Of a stretch of DNA of 64,000 nt, positions 18,638 through 27,909 are shown piece by piece. This DNA comes from Desulfurococcaceae archaeon (GTDB lineage Archaea; Thermoproteota; Thermoprotei_A; Sulfolobales; Desulfurococcaceae), in the NCBI GenBank assembly GCA_038824035.1, contig JAWBBW010000002.1, positions 90,497 through 154,496 on the forward strand. Direction: 5' to 3'. Every line of letters begins with the position of its first letter. Position 1 is the first letter of the stretch. Position numbers and translations under genes: made by a program. The notes beneath the pieces were generated by a model that worked only from the letters and a program-made list of their open reading frames with translations, searched no databases and was not told where the DNA came from.

Positions 18638-20485
18638 ATGAGAATTTTACTAATACATGCCAAGAGGTTTCAATATAAGGCACTTGAACCCGCTACAAAG
18701 GAATTTGAAGAACTAACAAAACTACCTGGCGAAGGAACTTTTGAAAACGTACTTGTAGTATTCACAACTATAGAAGATGGGGATGACGAAGAGGTAGTAA
18801 ACGAGTGTGCGAGAGAAATATTAAAAGTATCATCACAGGTGAAGCCTACTTCAATACTGATCTACCCGTATGCGCATCTCTCAAATAAGCTAGCTCCTTC
18901 GTCGTATGCTATACAGGTACTTGAAAAACTCAGCAATTTATTGAAAAACATCGCTAACATACCCGTTAATAGAGCTCCCTTCGGGTGGTATAAGTCATTT
19001 ACACTGGAGTGTTATGGACATCCATTAAGTGAATTATCAAGAAGCATTGAAAGGGCCGGTGTTGTGTCTAGTAGTAGAAGGATCGTTGAGAAAAAATACT
19101 ATATAATGACGCCTGAAGGAGAATTGCTAGATCCATTGAACTTTGATTATACTGATTACCCTGATCTTAAGATCTTGGTCGACAAAGAGGTCTTTGGTAA
19201 AGAATTCGAGGGAGGAGAGAACAAGGTCAATGAATATTGCAACAAATTTAATTTCGAATGGGAGCCCATGAGCGATCATGGACATATGCGATATGGGCCT
19301 TATGCAACAATAATGATGGATGCTTTATTCAAATATTCATGGCAAGTTGTTCAAAGCCTGGGCATACCTATATTCAGAGTTATGGGTAGTAATATGTTCA
19401 ACTTAAAGGAAAGACCAGTATACGAGCACGCCATGTTGTTCGGTGATAGATTATATGAGCTACAACTAGATAACGAGAAGTATATTTTAAGATATGCTGC
19501 ATGTCATCAGCAATTCGCCATGATCAGGAATTGGATCATAAGTTATAAACAACTCCCCTTTGGGGTATTCGAGATCGCTGATAGTTATAGGTTAGAGCAA
19601 CGAGGAGAATTGAGTTTGTGTTTCAGGCTAAGGAAATTCTATATGCCGGACTTACACATAATTACTAAAGATCTAAACGAAGCTATACACATGTCCACGA
19701 TTGTCCAGGCGAAAATACATGAAGAAGCGAGTAAAATTGGAAGAAAATATGTGGCTTTGTACAATGTATCAGAAGACTTCTTAAACAATTACAGAGATGC
19801 CTTAATCAAATTCGTTAGAAATGAAAAATACCCAGTCCTGGTATCAGTGATCCCATCTGGGATATATTATTGGGTCTTAAATGTGGAATACCATATCATT
19901 GATAACTTGAAAAGGCCACGCGAGATCGCTACTTTTCAAATAGATATAGGTAATAGTAAGAGGTTTGAAATAACATATGTAGATGAGAAAAACGAGAAAC
20001 GATACCCGGTTATAATACATACGGCTATCTTAGGTGGCATTGAAAGGTATATCTACATGTTACTCGATACTGCGGCTTTACTTGAAAAAGAAGGAAAAAC
20101 ACCTTTCCTACCTACATGGATAGCTCCAATACAGGTCAGGGTAATACCTGTATCAAGAGATCATGTTAATTACGCGATGGAAATTGCCAGAAAGATTGCA
20201 TCATTTGGTTATAGGGTTGATGTAGATGATCGAGATGAAACACTGGGCAAAAAGATAAGAGATGCTGGTAAGGAGTGGATACCATACATAGTAGTTATCG
20301 GCGAAAGGGAGTTCGCCACTAATACTATAAATGTAAGGATACGTAAAACGAACGAGCAAAAAGCTATGAGCGTGGAAGAGCTGTTGAAAATATTAGAGAG
20401 CGAAACACATGAGTATCCTAAGACAGAAACATATCTTCCTATGTTGCTAAGTCAGCGCCCAATATTCTCGTATAAGAGTCGTTGA
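18638..20485 (+). CDS. thrS: threonyl-tRNA synthetase with fused archaeal N-terminal editing domain
   Basis: MRILLIHA...YPYAHLS...PFGWYK...GHPLSELSR editing domain; RYAAC, YRLEQRGE and anticodon-binding LPTWIAPIQVRVIP. Confidence 0.95.
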   Translation: MRILLIHAKRFQYKALEPATKEFEELTKLPGEGTFENVLVVFTTIEDGDDEEVVNECAREILKVSSQVKPTSILIYPYAHLSNKLAPSSYAIQVLEKLSNLLKNIANIPVNRAPFGWYKSFTLECYGHPLSELSRSIERAGVVSSSRRIVEKKYYIMTPEGELLDPLNFDYTDYPDLKILVDKEVFGKEFEGGENKVNEYCNKFNFEWEPMSDHGHMRYGPYATIMMDALFKYSWQVVQSLGIPIFRVMGSNMFNLKERPVYEHAMLFGDRLYELQLDNEKYILRYAACHQQFAMIRNWIISYKQLPFGVFEIADSYRLEQRGELSLCFRLRKFYMPDLHIITKDLNEAIHMSTIVQAKIHEEASKIGRKYVALYNVSEDFLNNYRDALIKFVRNEKYPVLVSVIPSGIYYWVLNVEYHIIDNLKRPREIATFQIDIGNSKRFEITYVDEKNEKRYPVIIHTAILGGIERYIYMLLDTAALLEKEGKTPFLPTWIAPIQVRVIPVSRDHVNYAMEIARKIASFGYRVDVDDRDETLGKKIRDAGKEWIPYIVVIGEREFATNTINVRIRKTNEQKAMSVEELLKILESETHEYPKTETYLPMLLSQRPIFSYKSR

Positions 20486-20518
20486 AACTAATGTATTATC
20501 TCCTCATGTATCTACGGT

Positions 20519-21145
20519 GTGTTGAAATTGACACGCAAGATAAAATATATTGGACGACACCTGATGCTTAAAGGTGCGTATGCTGAAAAGGTACTGAAAG
20601 GTATCAAGAAAGCTACTATAAGGAGAGGTATTGTTAAGCCCAAATACGAAGAAGTAATAGTTCATGCGGGCGGAAAACCAATAGCGAAGATAAAGATAAC
20701 ACGTATGTATTTCAAGAAAGTGAAGGACCTAGGAGATTATGAGGCTAAGCTAGAAGGCTATAGCACTAAGGATGAATTAATTAATGAATTGAAAAAAGTA
20801 TATAAGGACATACACGACGATGAGTACATGACAATTATCGAATTCGAAGTAATTCAGCGCTTAGATCATCTCGAACCAGTAGATCAATACTATGGATTAT
20901 CACCTGGAGATATAGCTAGGATCGCGTTGAGATATATATCGGATGAATTGAGTGATCTGGATAGGAAAATCTTACTCGATCTAACTAAGACAAACAGTAT
21001 TAGACAAACATGTATCAACGTATTTAAAGATTTAAATAAAAGAAAATATGTTAGAAAGGTCTTACGCAATGCTTTACGAATCCTTATAGATAAAAACATA
21101 ATTAAATGTGAAAGGGCTGGAAAAAATGGGTTATTGGAAACTTAG
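20519..21145 (+). CDS. ASCH domain protein with C-terminal helical/HTH-like extension
   Basis: GIKKATIRRG (GxKxxTxR), EAKLEGY, TIIEF; extra ~90-aa helical C-terminus. Confidence 0.8.
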   Translation: MLKLTRKIKYIGRHLMLKGAYAEKVLKGIKKATIRRGIVKPKYEEVIVHAGGKPIAKIKITRMYFKKVKDLGDYEAKLEGYSTKDELINELKKVYKDIHDDEYMTIIEFEVIQRLDHLEPVDQYYGLSPGDIARIALRYISDELSDLDRKILLDLTKTNSIRQTCINVFKDLNKRKYVRKVLRNALRILIDKNIIKCERAGKNGLLET

Positions 21146-21299
21146 GTGCAAGAACTGTAATAACGAGTGGAAATTACTAGTAAGTTTTCCCTTGAAACGC
21201 GAGTTTAAGCGTTTATACCATTACTGTGTCTACTGTGGTAAAAACACTTTTCACGAGATCATAGAATTTGTGGAGAATGGAACTCAAGGCGAATTGTAG
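21108..21299 (+). CDS. small zinc-ribbon protein
   Basis: RCKNC...YHYCVYCGKNTFH; true start probably the ATG at 21126. Confidence 0.7.
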   Translation: MKGLEKMGYWKLRCKNCNNEWKLLVSFPLKREFKRLYHYCVYCGKNTFHEIIEFVENGTQGEL

Positions 21300-21432
21300 T
21301 ATACTCTCCATAACCAATGTAAATGGACCATGCATATCTTGTTAAGTGAGGTCAAAGACCCAAAATTTTTAATACAATATCTTAATACTAAATAATAACC
21401 CCAACGTGGTAAGGAAATATCGTTAGATTATT

Positions 21433-21487
21433 GATGATGAAATCACGGAATTGAGTAACCGGATGAGAAGACCTGTCTCAGCTGATC
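21433..21487 (+). ncRNA. box C/D guide sRNA (D guide predicted on 23S H93)
   Basis: ATGATGA(C)-AATCACGGAA-TTGA(D')-gtaacc-GGATGA(C')-GAAGACCTGTCTCAG-CTGA(D); GACCTGTCTCA complements archaeal 23S UGAGACAGGUC. Confidence 0.85.
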
Positions 21488-21556
21488 ATCGACTTGAAAC
21501 CCTGAATATTGTTTTTCACTTTCTTTGAACAATTTTGAACAATACAGTTAATGTGA

Positions 21557-22870
21557 TTAATCTATCAAATCCCCTGCCTCTATTTTGCCCGGTATGTATT
21601 TATCAGCGAGGAATTTTAATCCCTTACTTGCCATAGCCTCTATTTCCAGTTTACTCAATGTTTTGAAGAAAATACACAGCTCCCTTATCCATTCAGGAGT
21701 GCGGAACCATGGATAACCGGTTAAGCCCTCCTTTTTCCTTAATTTATTCCTATATTCTGTGTTATCAATACAGAGCTCTGCGACTTCGTATCCAACTAGC
21801 TCTATTGCTCTTTCGATATCCCTTGTTTTTGCTTTAATAATGTAATTGCTTCTTTCTTGTTGAGTTAAATAGGGCTTTTTATCACCGAGTTTATCAACGC
21901 CTTTGACGATATTTGCTAATTTCTCCTTAACCCCCTTATTCGAAATCACTTCTCTAAACACATCATTACCAAATATATCTGTCATCATGACCCCGAGGAA
22001 CTTAGCAGCCGGAGTTGCCAGTCTTTCGCTTTCATATGAAAGAGTTATGCTACCTATCTTGAAAACACTATATATGTAAAACCCGTAAGGATCGCTATCA
22101 CATAATATGTATACTGGTAGTTTGAACTCATCACTAAGTCTCCTGACAAATCTCCTTGTTGCTCTGTCAGGTTGTCCAGCACTTGTGACAAGGATTGCTC
22201 TGTGTTTTCTCCAAAAACCGTATCTGTGAAGCTGTTGAAACACCGCATCTTTCTCGACAACAAGTATGTACTCGGCATCTATGTCCTTGAACTCTATCAG
22301 GTCTGGTGTTGGTTCAATGGCATAAGCACCATGGCCCATTTTGCTTAGATCTATTGTGTCGTTTCCACTTCTAATCACTAAATTGCCTACAACCTTTCCC
22401 TTTTCTTTGCTAAGGATGAGTAGCTCTTCACGCAAGACGTCTAGGAAGACTTCTAGATCTCTTATAACGCTATCTGATTCCCTCTGATCATCCCATGTAT
22501 TCTCATGGATCTTCTTGCCATCAAATCCCACATAGCTAATACTATGCTTACCCCTATAATATAAGTCACGGATAGTGGGGTACTCATTATTAACTAACGC
22601 ATCGTAGATTATGGATGCCATTAGAAGTGTTTGCATGAATTTACGTGATTCATTTACATCTATGAAAGTTCTTCTCTGGACCTCTGGACCAAGTAAAAGG
22701 ATTTTATTTTTCATATCATATATAGTGTTCGATAATGTTCTCTTAGGTATCACCATTACTGGCTTTTCTTCATTAATAATTGTTTTGGCTAATTCACTGA
22801 AAGTGTTTTTTATCAATTCAATTGCCTTGATTCGGGCTTTAATATCTATTTCTGACGATGTAGAAGACAT
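21557..22870 (-). CDS. top6A: DNA topoisomerase VI subunit A
   Basis: TIRDLYY (catalytic Tyr), VVEKDAVF, DSDPYG Toprim, KLEIEA. Confidence 0.95.
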   Translation of the reverse strand: MSSTSSEIDIKARIKAIELIKNTFSELAKTIINEEKPVMVIPKRTLSNTIYDMKNKILLLGPEVQRRTFIDVNESRKFMQTLLMASIIYDALVNNEYPTIRDLYYRGKHSISYVGFDGKKIHENTWDDQRESDSVIRDLEVFLDVLREELLILSKEKGKVVGNLVIRSGNDTIDLSKMGHGAYAIEPTPDLIEFKDIDAEYILVVEKDAVFQQLHRYGFWRKHRAILVTSAGQPDRATRRFVRRLSDEFKLPVYILCDSDPYGFYIYSVFKIGSITLSYESERLATPAAKFLGVMMTDIFGNDVFREVISNKGVKEKLANIVKGVDKLGDKKPYLTQQERSNYIIKAKTRDIERAIELVGYEVAELCIDNTEYRNKLRKKEGLTGYPWFRTPEWIRELCIFFKTLSKLEIEAMASKGLKFLADKYIPGKIEAGDLID

Positions 22871-22887
22871 GCGTCTCAGCCTTTTTC

Positions 22888-24474
22888 CTAAAAACCTATT
22901 TCTACCGTAGAAACTATGCGTTGTATTTCGGAAACTGGGATGCCAGTCTTATTTGAGACTATTACCACTAATTTTTCCATAAGTGTTTTTTCCATTTGGT
23001 CATTGCCAGACAGCATTTTGGCAAGACTTCGTACAACCTCGGGTATATATTTGGAAATAGCTTCAGCTTTACGCTTTATTTCCTCTTCTTTCATTCTCTT
23101 ACCTATATATGTCTTCAAGGCACGTAAAATATCCATCAATGCCAACTTAATCTCTCTCCTTATTTCCGGGACATCTGCAATACTTTCTTTCCCCACACCC
23201 TTGAAGGGGACCTTAGTACTACATACATGGACCAAAATGGCGATGGGGGCTGGAAATGAAATTCCATAGTTTTCCCAATTTATATCTTCTTTAACCACGA
23301 ATGTTGTCACATCACTGCTTTCATCATATAATAATGGTATTTTATTAGCATATCTCAATATCAATGGCTTATCATCCTCGCTAAGAGGGGTTTTACCTCC
23401 ATATGCTACACCAGCCTCCACTGCAAAGGAATGTCCACTATAGGATTGGGGTTTCCTGGATACCGCGTGTACGAATTCCGGGTTAAACATCCTCTTTAAA
23501 CCAGCTGTGATGATCTCGGGTCCAAGAGGAGATATGGAGATATGGGATGGAGATCTAAAGCCTGTGAAACTTTTCATGACGTTTATTAATCTCAATAGTT
23601 CATCGTCAGATATAGCTCTTGGCGACTTAGATGGCTCTATTTCTGCCTCTCTCAACAACGCTAATGCAGTGGATTCTCCAATACTCTGAAATCCCCTAAT
23701 GAGCATTTCCTTTATATCTTTAAACTCATGTAAATCTCTTAGCTGTTTTAACATCTCTATGTCAACTCCGTGTGGATGTGGCCTTACTTCTCTCGGAGGA
23801 GAAGGTAATTTATCAATGATTCTAGGATAGTAGACCACCTCATTCTCAGGGGTGTATGCAACTATATTAGCGTAAGGTGTAACTATGGCGGTTCTATGCA
23901 AATATTCCAATATCCTTGACTTGGCCCTACTCCAGTCACCCTCTATGGTAACAGTCACAATGGTTCCATGCCATTCACGGCTCTTTCTCCACGAACCCCT
24001 CTCGATTATCACGGGCTCATTTTTATTGATATCTATTCGTAACTTAAAATAATATATGCGCCTATACCCCTCTTTACTGGTAACAATTTCAACCGGCCTC
24101 CCAGTGGTTAATTGTCCATATAGAACTACCATTTTTACTCCAAGACCATACATCCCTCTTGTTTGTTTCAGTACATACTTGCTACTAAATAACACCTTAC
24201 CAAACGCATGTGGAACTATATCCGGGGGGATACCTATTCCATTGTCTTCCACAGTTATCTTGTAAAATTCCTGTACTTCGTCAACTCTACGTATTGAGAT
24301 CTTGATATCAGGAAATATGCCATGTGCATCTGTAGCATCAAGTGCGTTCTCCACTAATTCCCTAATGGCCTGGTAAAAAGCCCTGGCTGGATTAGCGAAT
24401 CCTGCTATTTCTCTGTATTTGTAGAAGAACTCTGCCGGACTTATGGCTCTATATTTTTCCACGATCTCGTCCAA
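22888..24474 (-). CDS. top6B: DNA topoisomerase VI subunit B
   Basis: GHKL motifs ELVENALDA, VEDNGIGI, RGMYGLG; RYANKIPL; TTG start after GGTG RBS. Confidence 0.95.
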   Translation of the reverse strand: MDEIVEKYRAISPAEFFYKYREIAGFANPARAFYQAIRELVENALDATDAHGIFPDIKISIRRVDEVQEFYKITVEDNGIGIPPDIVPHAFGKVLFSSKYVLKQTRGMYGLGVKMVVLYGQLTTGRPVEIVTSKEGYRRIYYFKLRIDINKNEPVIIERGSWRKSREWHGTIVTVTIEGDWSRAKSRILEYLHRTAIVTPYANIVAYTPENEVVYYPRIIDKLPSPPREVRPHPHGVDIEMLKQLRDLHEFKDIKEMLIRGFQSIGESTALALLREAEIEPSKSPRAISDDELLRLINVMKSFTGFRSPSHISISPLGPEIITAGLKRMFNPEFVHAVSRKPQSYSGHSFAVEAGVAYGGKTPLSEDDKPLILRYANKIPLLYDESSDVTTFVVKEDINWENYGISFPAPIAILVHVCSTKVPFKGVGKESIADVPEIRREIKLALMDILRALKTYIGKRMKEEEIKRKAEAISKYIPEVVRSLAKMLSGNDQMEKTLMEKLVVIVSNKTGIPVSEIQRIVSTVEIGF

Positions 24475-24650
24475 TCCTAAACACCGTGTAAGCACATTAC
24501 GCATTATTATAATAGATTAATACTTGGGTTAAAAGCCCAGACATTAGAAATTCAGGGGAAATAGTGTCGTTCAACCCTCTTTCTATTTCACTTTAAAGCC
24601 TTTTACTCATCGAAGCTTAGAAAGCCGTGTTGAATATATCCAGGTGATGC

Positions 24651-25049
24651 ATGGTGAAAGGTGTATCAGGAATAGTGGCCACGGCAATTTTACTTGCATT
24701 GACTATTGCGGGCGGAGTGTTCTTATACAACTACGTCTCGCACTATTTAAATACTTCCACGAAGACCGGCAACATAGTAATAGAGAACGCCATTTTGATC
24801 AGATCGTTAAGGAGATTGGATGTAACAGTGAGAAATATAGGTCTCGGCGATGCCAGAGTAATAGGCGTAGAAATAGTGGGAGCCGTAAACAAAGAATACG
24901 AGGCCGATGTCGTTATACCTACTGGTAAAACCACAACGATTTACATAAACATAGATGAACAAAGCATCCTAAATATCAGCGGCGAACTATACGTGAGAGT
25001 GAAATATGATAAAACCGTAACTGAGCCCATTTCTGTCAGAATACTATAA
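24651..25049 (+). CDS. archaeal type IV pilin
   Basis: Class III signal peptide MVKG/VSGIVATAILLALTIAGG; beta-rich body with VRNIG motif. Confidence 0.85.
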   Translation: MVKGVSGIVATAILLALTIAGGVFLYNYVSHYLNTSTKTGNIVIENAILIRSLRRLDVTVRNIGLGDARVIGVEIVGAVNKEYEADVVIPTGKTTTIYINIDEQSILNISGELYVRVKYDKTVTEPISVRIL

Positions 25050-25071
25050 AATATACTAAGGTGTTCACATA

Positions 25072-26616
25072 GTGATGAAACCCCTGGTTCTTTTTTTATC
25101 TAAATTAAAATCTCCTTTTTACAAAACATTAATGAAAAAAGAAGAAATGATCACGAGTGAATTGTATTCTCTTATAAAACAAATATATTTAGATGGATAT
25201 ATAGTCGAAAAAATCCCGCTTAACGAGATTATAGAGACCTATTCTATCAAGGACGTGGTCAAGGTAATCATAGGCTTAGGCAAGGATATGTTGACATATG
25301 TAATTGAAGAACCCGATATTAATGAAAACATTATGAGGGAGGTTTTCAACAAGATACATGAGTGTTTAATTAGTTCAACAAATTGTATCAATCAATTAGA
25401 GTTAGATAAAAATACCTTGGACGAACGATCATACGTATTTTTGAAGATAAATAGTAATTATGGACCTTTAACACCATTAATCCTTGATTCAAATATCGAG
25501 GATATATCTATTAGTGAAAATGATCGAAGGATCTATGTAATACATAGCAGATATTCATGGTATGGATGGTTAAAGACAAACATCGTGTTAAAGCCTGAAA
25601 CACTTGATAGAATTATATTAGCATTTTCACGTAAAGCCGGAAAACATATCTCACTCATAAAACCCCTTGTTGAAGGTACATATGAAGGGAAAACAAGAAT
25701 TAGTGCAATATATAGTGACATGGTATCCAGGACTGGAAGTAGCTTAGTCATAAGGAGAAAAACGAGAGAAGAATGGACCATAACAAGGTTGATCAATGAA
25801 GGAATAATAGACAGTGTAACAGCGGCATATCTATGGCTTGTTCTAGAGAATAAAGGGTGGATAATTATAGCTGGCCAGGTAGGTGCTGGCAAAACAACAT
25901 TAACCCAGGCATTACTCAACTTGGTCCCCCCGACTCGGAAAGTGATAATAATAGAAGATGTGCCAGAACTACATATCATACACGGTTTATGGGAATCGCT
26001 GGTGGAGAAAAACGAAGTCTTTGGAATAACACCCGAAATAAGTTCTTATAAACTATTGAAATTTGCCCTCCGAAGAAGACCTGATTACGTAGTGATAGGA
26101 GAGGTGAGAGGAGTAGAAGCACGGCTTTTAGTACAAGCATCTAGGCTTGGACACGGTGTTTTAAATACAATACATGCAGATAGCCCGGTTTCAGTGTTAC
26201 AGAGACTCACAGCACCGCCCATCTCAATACCATTAGATCTTCTCGATAACATATGGTGTATTGTAATGATAGGCCTGGTAGATAATAAAAAACGCAAAGT
26301 CCTCTCAGTACACGAAGTTGGGGATGGATCAAAACTTATACCTATATGTATATTCACGAATGAGAATAATTCATGTGATATAAGTGAAATTCTGAAAAAC
26401 ACTTATAGATTCTCCAAAGTATACAAGAAAGATGAGTTATATAGTAAGTTAATTGAGCGTGCATTATTCTTAGAAAGACTAGTTTCAAGCGGGGTTTTTG
26501 ATCTAAACGAATTTTCGATCAAACTACTCGATTTCTATAATAGAAACATCTCGGGAAAAACAGGTGCAATAGATCATGCCAAAGATGAGTGGGCTATTTT
26601 ACAACAGTATATATAA
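25072..26616 (+). CDS. type II/IV secretion (pilus assembly) ATPase, VirB11/TadA family
   Basis: YGPLTPLILD.NIEDIS, Walker A GQVGAGKT, IEDVPEL, LRRRPDY..IGEVRG, His box GHG...TIHA. Confidence 0.92.
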   Translation: MMKPLVLFLSKLKSPFYKTLMKKEEMITSELYSLIKQIYLDGYIVEKIPLNEIIETYSIKDVVKVIIGLGKDMLTYVIEEPDINENIMREVFNKIHECLISSTNCINQLELDKNTLDERSYVFLKINSNYGPLTPLILDSNIEDISISENDRRIYVIHSRYSWYGWLKTNIVLKPETLDRIILAFSRKAGKHISLIKPLVEGTYEGKTRISAIYSDMVSRTGSSLVIRRKTREEWTITRLINEGIIDSVTAAYLWLVLENKGWIIIAGQVGAGKTTLTQALLNLVPPTRKVIIIEDVPELHIIHGLWESLVEKNEVFGITPEISSYKLLKFALRRRPDYVVIGEVRGVEARLLVQASRLGHGVLNTIHADSPVSVLQRLTAPPISIPLDLLDNIWCIVMIGLVDNKKRKVLSVHEVGDGSKLIPICIFTNENNSCDISEILKNTYRFSKVYKKDELYSKLIERALFLERLVSSGVFDLNEFSIKLLDFYNRNISGKTGAIDHAKDEWAILQQYI

Positions 26617-27880
26617 GAAAAGCGGGAAGATTAGAAATATTGATAAGTGTCTTGAGAAGGAATTTATTCAGATCCTCATAATAAATTCCGCTCTAGAATC
26701 TAGTGGTTTAAAAATATATGATCTATTTAACATGATTCACCATAACAAGGTAAAGGTTCCACTATGTTACAAGAACTTGGCTGGTATCTACGTATTCCTA
26801 GAAAGATCCCTTGGAGATCCCCATTTATCATTAAGAAAACTGAGCGAGGTCTTACAAAACAAAAGGATCTCTAGTTTTCTCAGAGAATATGCAAATGTGC
26901 TAATAAGCACAGGGGATACACGGAGCTATGTTGACTCGGTTTTAAGGGAAGAAATGACTAGGATAAGAACTAGAATCTCTGAAACACTGAAATTTGTGGA
27001 CCTTCTTTACGAATCCATATTAATACTAACCATTGGTTTTTCATTGATACTGATAATGCCATTTATCAACATACCACTTTATATTACACAGTTTTCCATA
27101 GTCATGATCGGCTTAATAGGCTATATGATTGCGTCAAGCATTTTAAGCAATATAGATATCGCGATCCCCAAGTTTATAATGATGATCGATACAATATATA
27201 TTATTTCGTCATGTATATTGATAGTGAACAATTATGGAATATTAGTTCATGGATTACTTATATTGCCATTGTACTTGATAATTAAGAGAAAAAGCTTAAA
27301 TGTCTTCAGACTAGAGAATGCCGGCCTGGCATTGTTACGTAGTATATATTCAAGCATAACGCTAAACATGCCCATCGATAAAGCCATCAGTACTAGCCTG
27401 GAAAGACAGCCCTTCCGCGAATTTAAATTGATTAATCACTATTTTAAAATGGGTCTAAATATCGAAGAGATCGTGTATCGCCTTGAACTACCTAACCTAG
27501 TTAAGAAAATATTCTACTTAATTACCACACCAATGCTTTATAGCAATTGGAGAGGCCATTACATATTCAGCGTCATCAGGATATTTGACCATTTAATTGA
27601 TATTAGAAAATATATTGTAGAGAAGGCTAGGTCGTATGTTTTATATTCTATAATATTAACAGCATTGATATTCATATCATATGTATTGATCTCGAGATCT
27701 GATCTCATGATCTCCAGTGAAACTATGGATATGTTATATGTTCATGGATATCTAGGGTTCTTATCCATGTATATACCGGCATCATTGCTTAAAGACAGAG
27801 GATTTACGTCATCTAGTACGAGTGTTTTTTTAATTCCATTGATATCATGTATCACATATTTGCTGTTAAAATGTCTTTGA
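26576..27880 (+). CDS. type IV pilus membrane platform protein (TadC/ArlJ-like)
   Basis: Follows and overlaps the ATPase; two soluble helical domains separated by TM bundles; FLREYANVLISTGD T2SSF-like segment. Confidence 0.75.
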   Translation: MPKMSGLFYNSIYKKSGKIRNIDKCLEKEFIQILIINSALESSGLKIYDLFNMIHHNKVKVPLCYKNLAGIYVFLERSLGDPHLSLRKLSEVLQNKRISSFLREYANVLISTGDTRSYVDSVLREEMTRIRTRISETLKFVDLLYESILILTIGFSLILIMPFINIPLYITQFSIVMIGLIGYMIASSILSNIDIAIPKFIMMIDTIYIISSCILIVNNYGILVHGLLILPLYLIIKRKSLNVFRLENAGLALLRSIYSSITLNMPIDKAISTSLERQPFREFKLINHYFKMGLNIEEIVYRLELPNLVKKIFYLITTPMLYSNWRGHYIFSVIRIFDHLIDIRKYIVEKARSYVLYSIILTALIFISYVLISRSDLMISSETMDMLYVHGYLGFLSMYIPASLLKDRGFTSSSTSVFLIPLISCITYLLLKCL

Positions 27881-27909
27881 TCCGGAAATTCGACGATTAG
27901 CAATGAGAT

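Noticed and set aside
24550-24615. Inverted repeat GAAATAG...CTATTTC with a nearby CTGA, as an H/ACA or C/D RNA
   Set aside because: Only a 7-bp stem with no convincing C box or ACA placement; more likely divergent promoter sequence between top6B and the pilin
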